Assembly (NCBI RefSeq): GCF_963506605.1
Contig: NC_083281.1
Span: 5,518,001-5,582,000 of the forward strand
Reading direction: 5' to 3'
Length of the DNA: 64,000 nt
Origin: Zootoca vivipara
Taxonomy: Eukaryota
This document shows, in pieces, positions 15,117 through 31,733 of the stretch; positions within the stretch are counted from its first letter, which is position 1; each line of letters begins with the position of its first letter. The notes beneath the pieces were generated by a model. The model saw only the letters and a program-made list of their open reading frames with translations, was not told the DNA's origin and searched no databases. Made by a program: the position numbers and the translations under genes.

Positions 15117-17093
15117 ATTAATTAAATTTGTATACTGCCCTTCTTTCTGACAGGACACTGGATTCCTAATGGTTTCTGTGGTCACTTGGTTGAAAGGGGC
15201 AAAGAGACTTTTCTGTCAGTTTTGTTGTTGTTGTTTAGTCGTTTAGTCGTGTCCGAGACTTGAGGTGGTGGTGTTTCTGCGCTGAATTCATATGGTCTTA
15301 CATGTCAAGGACTGATGAGCAACTGGATTCAGATGCACAAATATAGGATCATAGAATCATAGAGTTGGAAGAGACCACAAGGGCCATCCAGTCCAACCCC
15401 CTGCCAAGCAGGAAACACCATCAAAGCATTCTTGACATATGCCTGTCAAGCCTCTGCTTAAAGGCCTCCAAAGAAGGAGACTCCACCACACTCCTTGGTA
15501 GCAAATTCCACTGCCGAACAGCTCTTACTGTCAGGAAGTTCTTCCTAATGTTTAGGTGGAATCTTCTTTCTTGTAGTTTGAATCCGTTGCTCCGTGTCCG
15601 CTTCTCTGGAGCAGCAGAAAACAACCTTTCTCCCTCCTCTATATGACATCCTTTTATATATTTGAACATGGCATTCATATCACCCCTTAACCTTCTCTTC
15701 TCCAGGCTAAACATACCCAGCTCCCTAAGCCGTTCCTCATAAGGCATCGTTTCCAGGCCTTTGACCATTTTGGTTGCCCTCTTCTGGACATGTTCCAGCT
15801 TGTCAGTATCCTTCTTTAACTGTGGTGCCCAGAACTGGACACAGTACTCCAGGTGAGGTCTGACCAGAGCAGAATACAGTGGTACTATTACTTCCCTTGA
15901 TCTAGATGCTATACTCCTATTGATGCAGCCCAGAATTGCATTGGCTTTTTTTAGCTGCTGCATCACACTGCTGACTCATGTCAAGTTTGTGGTCTACCAA
16001 GACTCCTAGATCCTTTTCACATGTACTGCTCTCAAGCCAGCTGTCACCCATCCTGTAATTGTGCCTTTCATTTTTTTTGCCCAAGTGTAGTACTTTACAT
16101 TTCTCCTTGTTAAAATTCATCTTGTTTGCTTTGGCCCAGTTGTCTAATCTGTTAAGGTCATTTTGAAGTGTGATCCTGTCCTCTGGGGTATTAGCCACCC
16201 CTCCCAATTTGGTGTCGTCTCCAAACTTGCTCAGGATGCCCTCAAGCCCATCATCCAAGTCATTGATAAAGATGTTGAATAAGAGTGGGCCCAAGACAGA
16301 ACCCTGTGGCACCCCACTAGTCACTACTCTCCAGGATGAGGAGGAGCCATTGATGAGCACCCTTTGGCATCTAAACTAGCCAAGTATTCTTGTACTACCT
16401 CCTTACTTATTCTGGGCTGTGTTTCCCCTGCTGAATCATCTGCTCCATATTATTCAGGTCGGGCATTGTTTTCTTTTTTGGAGAAGACTGAGGTAAAGAA
16501 GGCGTTGAGGAGTTCTGCCCTTTCTCTGTCCTCTGTTTGCATTTCACCATCTTCTCCTCTAAGTAACCCCACTGTTTCCTTGTTCTTCCCATGGGTGTAG
16601 ACAGGGGGGGGGCAGGAGGGGGCAGCTGCCCCCCCCTAGAAGCAAAAAATTATTGTATTTTACAGACCATAACCAATACTTTGCCCCTCCAAAAACTGAA
16701 GTGGAAAGGGCTTTGCTTTAGCAAGAGCAGCTCTCCACTTGCTGGGGGCGGGAACACAGCTGTAACAAAAACACATCAAATAAATAAAGCAAAGTGGCTA
16801 CCAGTACTTAAGCAGTTAAGACAATGGAGCAGAATATCCCTTCAGGCAAGGTCCACCCTATTCACCCTATTGTTATTCAGTGGGAGTTGTTAATGGGCAT
16901 TCAGGGATCGCATTAACAGTTCTATTGGCGATTTAATGAGGGTGCAGAGGATTCAATTTGACTAAGGTGGCCCTGCAAGGCTAAAAGGAAGTGAATAAGA
17001 AGGGGGGGCTGTAGCTTTGATAGACACAGTGATGTTTATAAAAAGCATTGGTGTTCCAGTCTGCCCCTCCTCCTGCATCTGTATACTGTAAAT

Positions 17094-17429
17094 CAGGGGT
17101 GGCCACCTCCCAAGAGACTCTGATCTACTCACAGAGTTAAAAACTGGGAGTGATCTACCCCCTTTTGGGGGGTTCAGGTCAAAGCTGTTGAGTTTTTTTA
17201 AGGAAGGGAAGCCCTGTTTTGGGGGGTTTAGGTCAAACTTGTTGAGCTTCTTTTAGGAGGGAGGGAGGCCCATTTTTGTTTAGGGCTTCAGGTCATAGTT
17301 CAGCTTTTTTTAGGGAGGAGGAAAAATTTGGGTGAGCTTTTTTTAGGGGTGCCAGTGATCTAGCAGTGATCTACCACAGACATCCAGTGATCTACTGGTA
17401 GATCACAATTTACCTGTTGGATGTGCCTG
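17094..17429. mobile_element. hAT MITE nested in the larger hAT element
   Basis: CAGG...CCTG termini with an 8-bp TSD CTGTAAAT. Confidence 0.8.
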
Positions 17430-17489
17430 CTGTAAATCAAGCAGAGAGAAAGCTGCTTACAAGGCTCCTGTACAGGTGTACCGGTATCT

Positions 17490-19050
17490 TCCTCTTGCTG
17501 CAGAGTTCTAGCATCACAGCGTCACCCAGAGGCACCCACAAATGTGAGTTATCCCTCTCTCTATTTCTTCCTTCCTTTCCTCCCTCTTCCATCCTCAATA
17601 AAATACTGGGGGGGGGGCAGATAAGCCCCACATAGAAAGCCCATCAACATGGGGGGGAGGACTCTTTAAAATACAGTATTTACCAGTAATTTCTTTTGGG
17701 GGGGGGAGGCACCTAGGCCTCTAGGAGTTGGCTGCTATGCCTAGGACAATTCAAGAAAGCAGAATCATGCATATGCTATGGTAATATATCAATAGAATCA
17801 TGGAATTGTAGTCGGAAGGGACCACAAGGGTCATCTAGTCCAACCCCCTGCAATGCAGGAATTTTCCCCCAATGTGGGGCTTGAACCCACAACATGGTTG
17901 AAATATTATGCTGATATGCAGCAACGCCTCGGAGCCATCGAGACTGCGGCCCTGTCTTGCCTCGCCCTCGCCTGCCTTGCCACCCCCTCTCCCCTGCCCG
18001 ACCCTCCCATCCTCTTGCTGCAGAGTTCCAGCTTCACAGCATCACCCAGAGGCACCCACAAATATGAGGTATCCCTCTCTCTATTATTCCTTCCTTCCCT
18101 CCCTCTTCCATCCTTAATAAAATACTGGGGGGGGGCAGATAAGCCCCACATAGAAAGCCCATCAAAATGGGGGGGGGGGTGACTCTTTCAAATACGGTAT
18201 TTACTAGTATTTGGGGGGGGGGAGAGGCACCTAGGCCTCTAGGATTTGGCTGCTATGCCTAGGAGTAGGACAATTCAAGAAAGCAGAATGATGCATATGC
18301 TATGGTAATATATCAATGGAATCATAGAATTGTAGTCGGAAGGGACCACAAGGGTCATCTAGTCCAACCCCCTGCAATGCAGGATTTTTCCCCCAAGGTG
18401 GGGCTTGAACCCACAACATGGTTGAAATATTATGCTGATATGCAGCAACGCCTCGGAGCTGTCGTGACTGCGGCCGTGCCTTCCCTCGCCCTCACCCGCC
18501 CTGCCACCCCCTCTCGCCTGCCCGACCCTCCCATCCTCTTGCTGCAGAGTTCCAGCTTCACAGCATCACTCAGAGGCACCCACAAATATGAGTTATCCCT
18601 CTCTCTATTTCTTCCTTCCTTCCCTCCCTCTTCCATTCTTAATAAAATATGGGGGGGGCAGATAAGCCCCACATAGAAAGCCCATCAACATGGGGGGGAT
18701 GACTCTTTCACATACGGTATTTACTAGTATTTGGGGGGGGGGAGGCACCTAGGCCTCTAGGAGTTGGCTGCTATGCCTAGGAGTAGGACAATTCAAGAAA
18801 GCAGAATGATGCATATGCTATGGCAATATATCAATAGAATCATAGAATTGTAGTCGGAAGGGACCACAAGGGTCATCTAGTCCAACCCCCTGCAATGCAG
18901 GAATTTTTTCCTAAGGTGGGGCTTGAACCCACAACATGGTTGAAATATTATGCTGATATGCAGCAACGCCTCGGAGCCGTCGTGACTGCGGCCGTGCCTT
19001 GCCTTGCCCTCGCCCACCCTGTCACCCCCTCTTGCCTGCCCGACCCTCCC
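17490..19050. repeat. Tandem repeat, about 520 bp x 3, inside the hAT element
   Basis: CCTCTTGCTGCAGAGTT recurs at about 17491, 18011 and 18535. Each unit holds a tRNA/CR1-tail SINE fragment (ATAGAATCATAGAATTGTAG...GGGCTTGAACCCAC). Confidence 0.88.
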
Positions 19051-20794
19051 GTCCTCTCCAGCCAAGCAGGGTAGCCGCCGCCGTTGCCAGCCCCAGAAGC
19101 ACAAGGTGGCCGCTGCCGCCACCACGATGTCATCAGGCCAGCTGGCCCTGTAGCCCCGCCCACGTTCCCACTTTGTGGCCCCGCCCCTGAATGATCATGG
19201 CTTGCCCCCCCCCCCCTAGTTTTGATCCTGGCTACGCCCTTGGTTCTTCCTTTTGCTACGGACATTCCCATAAAAGCCCTTTTTGTTGCTTTTAACCTCT
19301 CTGGCGAGCCTGAGTTCATTCTGTGCTTTAGCTTTTCTGACTTTGTCTCTACACATGCTGGCTATATGTTTGAATTCCTCTCTGGTGATTTCCCCCTTTT
19401 TCCATTTTTTGTACATATCCCTTTTAAATCTTAACTCAGTTAAAAGTTCTTTAGATAGCCACCCTGGCTTCTTTAGGCACCTTCCATGTTTCCGTCTCAT
19501 TGGTATTGCCTGAAGTTGTGCTTTTAATATCTCCCTTTTACCAAACTCCCAACCATCATGAACTCCCTTCCCTTTTAGTATTACTGTCCATGGGATTTCA
19601 CCCAGCGTTTCCCTAAGTTTTCTGAAGTCGGCTTTCTTAAAGTCTAGAATTTGAGTTTTAGTATGCTTGGTTGCTCCTTTCTGCTGGATAATAAACTCCA
19701 GAAGAGCATGGTCACTACCACCTAAAGATCCTGCCACTTCTACCCCACTAACCAGGTCATCAGTATTGGTTAGGACCAGATTTAAAAATGGCTGATCCTC
19801 TTGTTGCTTCTACCACTTTTTGGACAATGAAATTGTCTGCAAGGCCAGTGAGGAATCTGTTCCACCTTATGCTCTTGGCTGAGTTTGACATCCAACAAAT
19901 ATCAGGATAGTTGAAATCCCCCATTACTACTATCTCACTTCCTTTTGAATGCTTGGCCATCTGTTCCAGGAAGGCATCATCTGTGTCCTCAGTTTGGCTT
20001 GGGGATCTATAGTAAACTCCCACAATGAGATCACTGTTATTTTTCTCTCCATTAATTTTGACCCATATACTCTCAACTTGGCTTTGAAGTTTTAAATCCT
20101 GGATCTCTTCACAGGTATACACATCCCTGACATATAAAGCTACTCCTCCTCCTTTCCTGTTTGGTCTATTTCTCTGAAATAGATTGTATCCCTCTATTAC
20201 TACAATCCAATAATGAGACTCATCCCACCAGGTTTCAGTGATGCCTATTATGTCGTATTTAGTTTGCTGTACCAAGAGCTCAAGTTCATCTTGTTTATTT
20301 CCCATGCTCTGTGCATTAGTATGCAGACATTGAAGACCGTTGATCGTTCCCCCATGTCTCTTATTTAAGGATATTTTCCTCCCACCACTAGGTCTGCATG
20401 CTGCTTGCTCCATTTGGTCCTTGACATTTGGATGATCATCTTCAGCATTTGATAGACTCCTACCTTCAGGACCACTGTCTCCCTCCCCCACATAAGTCAG
20501 TTTAAAGCCCTCCTGATGAGGTTTTTGAGTTTCATGGCAAAAACATTCCTCCCAACTTTTGTGAGTTGCAGCCCATCACTTGCCAGGAGTCCATCTTCAA
20601 GAAACTGCAGACCGTGATCTAAGAATCCAAACCGTTGGCGGACACCTGGCTTAATAGCAGTACTTGTGAAAAGGATCTAGGGATATTGGTGGACCACAAG
20701 CTTAACATGAGCCCATAGTGTGATGAAGCAGCAAAAAATGTTTGTGCTATTCTAGGCAGCATCAACAGAAGTCAAATGTCTAGATCAAGGGAAG

Positions 20795-21420
20795 TCATTT
20801 GTTGTTGTTGTTTAGTCATTTAGTTGTGTCCGACTCTTGGTGACTCCATGGACCATAGCACGCCAGGCACTCCTGTCTTCCACTGCCTCCCGCAGTTTGG
20901 TCAGACTCATGTTAGTAGCTTCGAGAACACTGTCCAACCATCTCGTCCTCTGTCGTCCCCTTCTCCTTGTGCCCTCCATCTTTCCCAACATCAGGGTCTT
21001 TTCCAGGGAGTCTTCTCTTCTCAGGAAGTGACCAAAGCATTGGAGCCTCAGCTTCAGGATCTGTCCTTCCAGTGAGCACTCAGGGCATATTTCCTTCAGA
21101 ATGGAGAGGTTTGATCTTCTTGCAGTCCATGGGACTCTCAAGAGCCTCGTCCAGCACCAGAATTCAAAAGCATCAATTCTTCAGTGACCAGCCTTCTTTA
21201 TGGTCCAGCTCTCACTTCCATACATCACTACTGGGGAAATCATAGCTTTAACTATATGGACCTTTGTCGGCAAGGTGATGTCTCTGCTTTTTAAGATGCT
21301 GTCTAGGTTTGTCATTGCTTTTCTCCCAAGAAGCAGGCGACTTTTAATTTCGTGACTGCTGTCACCATCTGCAGTGATCATGGAGCCCAAGAAAGTAAAA
21401 TCTCTCACTGCCTCCATTTC
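20795..21420 (-). mobile_element. RTE/BovB LINE 3' fragment
   Basis: RVPWTARRSN.SILKEI, LEKTLMLGKMEG.RRRGRQR.RWLD and a (CAA)n tail. Confidence 0.9.
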
Positions 21421-22379
21421 TTAAGGGAAGTCATAGTCCCACTCTATTCTGCATCCGTCAGACTACACCTGGAATATTGTGTCTAGTTCTGAGCACCACA
21501 ATTTAAGAAGGATGTTGACAAGCTGGAAGGTGTGCAGAGGAGGGCGGCCAAGTTGATCAAGGGTCTGGAAACAGCCATACGAGGAGTGCTTGAAGGAGAC
21601 GGGTATGTTTAGCCTGGGATTGCCTTCCAACTATAAGATTCTATGAACCACTTAAAGGGCATTTTTAAGTGCCATTTAAGTGCTGGTCTGGACAGTTCAC
21701 TGCCCCATAAGTTGCAGTTGTGCCCTCCTGCCTCAGCTGTGCCATGAAGGTGGCTTGCCCCAATGTTTTGTGTCTTGCCTGATTATTTTCTCTTATGTCG
21801 GGGATACCGGGGGATCTGGGGGCCTGGCCATACAACAGTAGAACTTGCGGGCGTCTGACAATGATGGATGTTGGAAGGCTGGGAGGTGAGTTCCAGAGTT
21901 TAACTATGCACTGCTTGAAGATGGCCTGCTTTTGCTCTGTGCTGAATCTTTGCACATTCCTCCTCGCCAATTCCAGTGGGCATCATCCATTGCGGACCAT
22001 GTCCTTTTCTAACTAGAGGTTCCCAGAATGGAAACAGTGACCTTCTGCATGCAAAGCAGGGGATCTACCACCAAGCTAAAGGCTCTATCCCCATATCAAA
22101 GATTTTACTGGCAGCTGCTCTCCCTTGGGATGGGTGGGGCGGAAATCAGGGAGCCCAATGGTTGGTCAGGGAGAGAAACTCCCTGCTTGAGTTCTGCAAG
22201 GGGCAACACAAGAGCTACAAGCACAGCAAGCGAGCAAATGCTTCACGCTGTTATGGCTGCCATCATCCCATTTGTCCCATTTGTTTGGGACCTCTGGCCC
22301 TCCAGATGTTGCTCTACTGCAGCTCCCATCAGCCCTAGCAAGGGATGGGCAGCTCTGCCAATTCCGGGTTCAATCCGCT

Positions 22380-22690
22380 TCTCCTTTCCCCAGTCTCCTT
22401 ATATGGCCCCAACAGAACCAAACTGCAGAAATCGTTTTGCTATCCGATTGCCATCAATGGGTGGGGTCTGTCACGTGGCTGGAGAGAAAAGATAAATGTG
22501 TTGAAATCCGCCTATCAGATCTCAGGTCTAGATTGTGGCTTGCTGGGGAAGGTGGGGCCAAAAAACACTACGGGTTCAAGAGGCTGAAGAGTTAAGCGCC
22601 AGGCATCTCTTTTCTTGGCAAGCATCAAGATATGGAAATTCTGATAGCCTCTTGTGCACGTCCTGCTCCTTGACCCAAACCAGGGAGCAA
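22380..22690 (+). pseudogene. Orphan protease promoter plus dead exon 1, copy A
   Basis: Promoter block followed by GCATCAAG-ATA TGG AAA TTC TGA. No dedicated downstream exons. Confidence 0.7.
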
Positions 22691-23959
22691 AAGCAACAAC
22701 CCACCGATTGCCCATGTTTGCTGCAGCTGATGGGAGCTGGAGTCAAAGGTGGCAATATGTGGAGCTGTGGTGGCCAAAGGGTTTTCAGGATGGTCAGGGC
22801 CTTTTCAGGGCAGTTGGTGCGCATGCAAGAGTCAGGCAAGCAGCAGGGTCAGAGCAGGCTTGGCAGAGACAGGTGCTGCTTTGGCTGGCAGGACACTGAT
22901 CGAATGCATGAACATCATCCCAGAAGCTCTTCCCATCCTCGTGGTTTTTTATTTGCTCACCTGGAGCTAATAGGGACAACACCCTCACTACAAGTGATGC
23001 CTATCAACCCCCTTCCCTTCAGCGGTCTCGTTGAGCAGGGGGTGTTCAGAACTGGGCACAGTATTCCAGGTGTGGTTTGACCAAGGCAGAATAGAGCGGG
23101 ACTATGACTTCCCTTGATCTGGACATTATACTTCTGTTGACGCAGCTTAGAATTGCATTAGCTTTTTTCCCTGCTGCATCACACTGTTGGCTCATGTCAA
23201 GCTTGTGGTCCACCAAGACCCCGAGCTCCTTTTCACCTGTACTGCTAGTAAGCCAGATGTCCCCCCATTCTATATTTGTGCATCTGGTTCTTCCTGTCTA
23301 AGTTGTGCCCTCTTGCCTCAGCTGTGCCATAGAGGTGGCTTGCCCCAATCTTTTGTGTCTTGCCTGATTATTTACTCTTACTTTGGGGAGTTGGGAGGTC
23401 TGGGGGCCTGGCCACGCAATGGACATGCATCAAAGATTAATATTGGGAGACTTGGAGTGAGTTCCAGAGTTTAACTATGCACTGCATGAAGAAGGCATTC
23501 CTCCTTGCCAGTCACAATGGGCATCATCCATCACTGACCATGCCCTTTCTAACTAGAGCAATTGAACATAGGACCTTCTGCATGCGAAGCAGGGGATCTT
23601 ACACCAAGCTAACAACTCTCTTCCCATATCGGAGGTTTGGCCTGTTCCACTGGTGGCTGCTGTCCTTTGCGATGGGAGGGAAATCAGGGAGACCAACAGT
23701 GGTGCCATATTCAAGCTCAGGCAGAGAGGCAGCACCTCCCAGTTTCCTCCCCATCCTTCTCCCTGCTGAATTCTAGAAGGGGCAACACAAGCGCTACAAG
23801 CACGGCAAGTGAGCAAATGCTTCACACTGTTATGACCGCCATCATCCTATTTGTCAACAGGTTAGGAACCTTTGGCCCTCCAGATGTTGCTCTACTGCAG
23901 CTCCCATCAGCCCCAGCGACGGATGGGCAGCTCTGCTAATTCTGGGTTCACTCCATTTC

Positions 23960-24265
23960 TCCTTTCCCCAGTCTCCTTATATGGCCCCAACAGAACCAAA
24001 CCACACAAACCATTTTGCTATCCGATTGCCATCAATGGGTGGGGTCTGTCACGTGGCTGGAGAGAAAAGATAAATGTGTTGAAATTCGCCTATCAGACCT
24101 CAAGTCTAGATTGTAGCATTTTGGGGAAGGTGGTGCCAAAAAAAAGCTACAGGGTGAAGAGGTTGAACAGTTGGCCACCAGACATCTCCTTCCTTGGGAA
24201 GCATGAAAATGTGGAAATTCTGACAGCCTCTTCTGCTCCTGCTCCTTGGCCCAAACAGGTGAACA
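23960..24265 (+). pseudogene. Orphan protease promoter plus dead exon 1, copy B
   Basis: Promoter block followed by ATG TGG AAA TTC TGA ... GCCCAAACAG|GTGA. Confidence 0.72.
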
Positions 24266-25577
24266 AAAGCAACAACTGACCCATTATCCCAGGCCATTGG
24301 CCATTTTTGCTGCAGCTGATGGGAATCCAGCAACCTTTGGCGGACCAAAGGTTCCCAACCGTTCTCCAAATCTCTGGACTCACCCAAGTTCCACCGATCT
24401 CCTCCTTGTCGTCTGGATCAGAGGAGGTGAACCTGTCACCTTCCAGATGTTGTTATACTCCAACTCCCATCAGCCCCAGACAACATGTCCAATACGGGGC
24501 GATGGGAGTTGAAATCCATCAACATCTGGATGGCCAAAAGATTAGCAGCACCTCATTTTAGATGATTCCATCTTCCTCCATCCTACCTCTTCAGCCTAGA
24601 ACACTGTCATAGATCCATCATTTGGATCCCGCGTTCTGGGACACTGAAGGGTGAGGATTGTGGGAATTTCTCACCCTGTTTAAAACTCTCTCCATATCGG
24701 AGATTTGGCCTTTTCCACTGGTGGCTGCTGTCCTTTGCGATGGGTGGGAGAGAAATCAGGGAGACCAACAGTGGTGTCATATCCAAGCTCCGGCAGAGAG
24801 GCAGCTCATCCCAGTTTCCTCCCCATCCTGTTACCTGCTGAACTCTACAAGAGGCAACACAAGCGCTTCAAACACAGCAAGCGAGCAAGTGCTTCATACC
24901 CACAGGTTAAGTACCTTCCCCTCTCTGGATGTGGTTCTCCTCCAGCTTCCATGAGCCACAGCGAGAGATGGGCAACCTTGTCATTTCCGGGTTTCCAGGC
25001 CCAATTCAAGGTGCTCAGATGCTCATGACTTATAGAATCATAGAGCTGGAAGGGACTTTGCGGATCATCTGGTCCAACCCCCTGCTAGGCAGCTATGTTG
25101 ACAGCACATATCACAGGCCTTTTGGATGGAAACAACACGGGCTGAACCTCATGTACGCAACACACACATTCACTGCCAGGTGACTGTGCCCCCTCCCTGT
25201 GCACAGGTGACAAATCGACAAAGGCCCTCCTTGCCAACCACATCCAAAGGGAAGAGCAGGTGGCTTGGATTCCATGCCTGCATTTCAACACTAAGAGTTC
25301 ACCCTGTTTCCCTTTTCCCCAGTCTCCTTATCTACCACCAACAGAACCTTACCGCACAAACTGTTTTGCTATCCGATTGCCATCGATGGGTGGGGTGGTG
25401 GTCTATCACGTGACTGGAGAGAAAGATAAACTTGTTGAGATTTGCCTATCAGATCTCAAGTCTAGATTGTGGCTTCCTGGGGAAGGTGGAGTCCAGAGTG
25501 TGAAGGTAATAAAAGCTACAGAGTCAAGAGGCTGAAGTGTTAAGCACCAGGCATCTCCCTCCTTGGCAAGCATCAAG

Positions 25578-29208
<3,631 letters not shown>

Positions 29209-29614
29209 ACAGAAGAAGCAACTGCAGTGACATTGTGGCTTCTTCTTGTTCTAATGCTTCTGCTTGCATGAATAACCTGCTTGGCTTGCCTTCTGCAACA
29301 AAATATGCACACACACACAGACCCAGTCAATGGCTGTGAAAAACACAAAACCCCACAGTATCAGATGTTCCCAACAGAACGGTGTTTGGGCAAGTGCCTT
29401 CACAGCCTTCCTCCTCTTGAAGGAAATCCCTCTCACCCTCTCGCCTCCTTGTTTCCCAGCAGCCCTCTTCCTGGGATCTTTGCTCCTCCAGGTCTTTCCT
29501 CTCCCTTAAAGCCATTCTGCCCCTTCTCTCTCGATATCCCCATATGCCTGAAACTCTCTCCCTGAGCTCTACAGAGCTCTAGCTCCCTCAAGCAGCTCCT
29601 TTCTTCTCCCTTCC

Positions 29615-31733
29615 TTTTTTTTTAAACATAATTTTTATTGATTTTACAAATTACAAAATTACAAAAAACGGTACATACATAAACACCTTTTCCACCTTCT
29701 TCCCACCCTCCTCCATGGGTCCTCCCCTGCCACAGAAGTATCCCACGCAGGTGGGCAGTCAGAGATGGTCCATTTTATGATTAGATTTCTGTCCTCCTCC
29801 CCCTCCCCTGTCCCCAAAGCCCCCCCCCCTGCCACCAGAGAGCTCCAGGAAACCAGGGCAGTATGCAGGAAGACATCCACCCAACCAACTGTTCTTATAC
29901 CAAAAAAGAGTTAAAAAAGAAAAAAAGACAAAAAAGAGAAAAAAGAAAAACAAAAAGGAAAAACAAAACAAGACAAAAATAATCCTTTTTCCATTCATAA
30001 TTACTAAACCATATTTTGTGGGCTTCCCCAACCTCCCCCTTCCCCGGTTTTCACCCCTTTTTTATCCTCTTCAACAGTTTCTTATTCTATAAAATAATTA
30101 CCTTTGTACCTTATACTACTTTAAAACTTAACTATTATCATTTTCACCAAATATCCAAATCACTGAAAAATCAAACTCCTATTTTCTCTTCCCGTGCCTA
30201 ATTTTTCCCCCTCTATAAGCCTCCATATTTTCACCTTTTTCCGAAATCAATTCACTTTTAAGCTATAACTATTCTCAATCTAACCTTTCATCCCCAATTT
30301 CCGGTTCCAACCCCCCAATCCAGCAAGTTCCGTAGTCAGCAGTCCAGTTTTAATCCTAACAATCCGTCCTATTAATCACAACCTCACTTTCCCTTCACCC
30401 CACCCCCTTTTTGCAGTATTTTGCCATCCAGGCCTCCATACAGCACCCCTGAGTTTCTTCTCTTCTCTGCTTATTTTTTTTCTCTTCCCTGTGGGTATTC
30501 TGGAGTTCTAGTAAATCCAATCGTACCCCCCTCAGAGGAGGGGCACTCCACCTGACTTTTTGTAGAGTAAAATCGTCTTTTCTTTCGTGGTGGGCTTCAT
30601 TTTGTATTATATTGTCACAGTCCTCATCTTCATCTTTTCGTTCCAAATCACAGTCCCCATCATTGTCAAAGTCCTCCAAATCACTGTCATTGTCATTCTC
30701 ACACTCGTCTTCCTCAGTTTCAGTAGCTTCATCCTCTAAGAACCCATATTCTGCCATCACCATCTGGAATTGTTGCTTTAACTCTTGCTGTTGTGTCTCC
30801 TCTTGACATAGTCCTATTCTTGTTTCCCACATTATGGTCAAAACAGTCCGCTGGAACTCAGGCGAGTACCTTTTTGTTGACATAGTTCAATCCTATCAAG
30901 GTCAAAACTTGTCACATGGGGTGGAAAATGGTCACAGTTTATTTTCTCGACTCCATTTTAACAAGCTGGCTGCATTCTCCAAATCTTATTAGAAATAAAG
31001 TTCAGACTCACACATTTTTTTACACATTTCAAAAGCATATAAACCAGAAAAGGATTTCCAGAGAGTCCAAGAATAGAAATAAAAATAAAGTTCCACTTAT
31101 AAATCCTGATCAACTCACTGGGTTGTCTGGGCCGCCGGCTTCCGGGGAAAAGAAAGGTCTTTCTTGATCTTAACCTCTTTCTGCAGGGTTTCACGACCGC
31201 AGTCTTTCTCCCCTTTTACCCTGCTTCTAGGGGAGATCCTCTTTGATGCCTTTGAGGGAACCTTTTAAATTGAAATCTTCTATTTACGGCTTCGGGTTTC
31301 TATTTACTGTCTCTTAGATTGCCGGTGGGGGGGGTGGCTTCCTCTTTTTCCCCCTCTCTCCCAAATCCAAATTGTTTTATAATCCAAATCGTAAGATTAC
31401 TTACACTCTTATTTCCAATCGTTTTTTTTCAGAAAAATCCAGCGCTCTCCGCCTTCGGCTTGAAGCTTCTCTCCGCTAGGGTAACGTTGTCGCTCAAAAT
31501 GGCCCCCGCGACTTCTACCCTCCTCGCTCCGGAGCTCTTATTAGAGCTTGCCGGAGAGTTGGGGAGTCCGGATTGGGGCTCTGCCGAGCAAAATTCGCCC
31601 CCGGGACACTCTTCCCGAGGTTCTAAGGGGCGCAGCGTCGCTCTCGCTGCCCTCCCCACTCCTAGCAGAGACGGGCCGTCTCAGAGACGAGACGGGATCC
31701 CGCCGATCGGCGCTGGCGCTGAACCGGAAGCCC
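29615..31733 (-). mobile_element. 2.1 kb non-autonomous L1-type retroposon without RT
   Basis: 13-bp TSD TCTTCTCCCTTCC (29602-29614 and 31734-31746), polyA tail with AATAAA, and a CpG-rich 5' end beginning GGGCTTCCGG. The insertion is absent at the paralogous sites behind genes 1 and 2. Confidence 0.8.
30395..30883 (-). CDS. Hypothetical 162-aa acidic protein inside the retroposon
   Basis: ATG-initiated open ORF with a Gln-rich helix and a D/E-rich tract. No family recognised. Confidence 0.35.
   Translation of the reverse strand: MSTKRYSPEFQRTVLTIMWETRIGLCQEETQQQELKQQFQMVMAEYGFLEDEATETEEDECENDNDSDLEDFDNDGDCDLERKDEDEDCDNIIQNEAHHERKDDFTLQKVRWSAPPLRGVRLDLLELQNTHREEKKNKQRREETQGCCMEAWMAKYCKKGVG

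Larger units (their letters stand above)
16590..19242. mobile_element. Non-autonomous hAT DNA transposon (2.65 kb) inserted in CR1 ORF2
   Basis: Imperfect 16-bp TIRs (CATGGGTGTAGACAGG / rc CAAGGGCGTAGCCAGG) and an 8-bp TSD GTTCTTCC at 16582-16589 and 19243-19250. Confidence 0.85.
15350..20635 (-). mobile_element. CR1 LINE (endonuclease plus RT/3' end), internally deleted and split by a hAT insertion
   Basis: ORFs 19760-20491 (APE endonuclease: GITETWW, MGDFN), 19216-19737 (SDH), 15917-16360 (SGVPQGSVLGPLLF, FGDDTKL) and 15421-15966 (LVRPHLEYC). CR1 (ATTCTATG)n tail near 15350. Confidence 0.9.

Noticed and set aside
14985-15185. Poly-Glu ORF
   Set aside because: It is a translation of the (TTC)n microsatellite.
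17490-19050. CRISPR-like or tRNA gene array
   Set aside because: Eukaryotic tandem repeat without unique spacers. The tRNA-like parts are truncated SINE heads.
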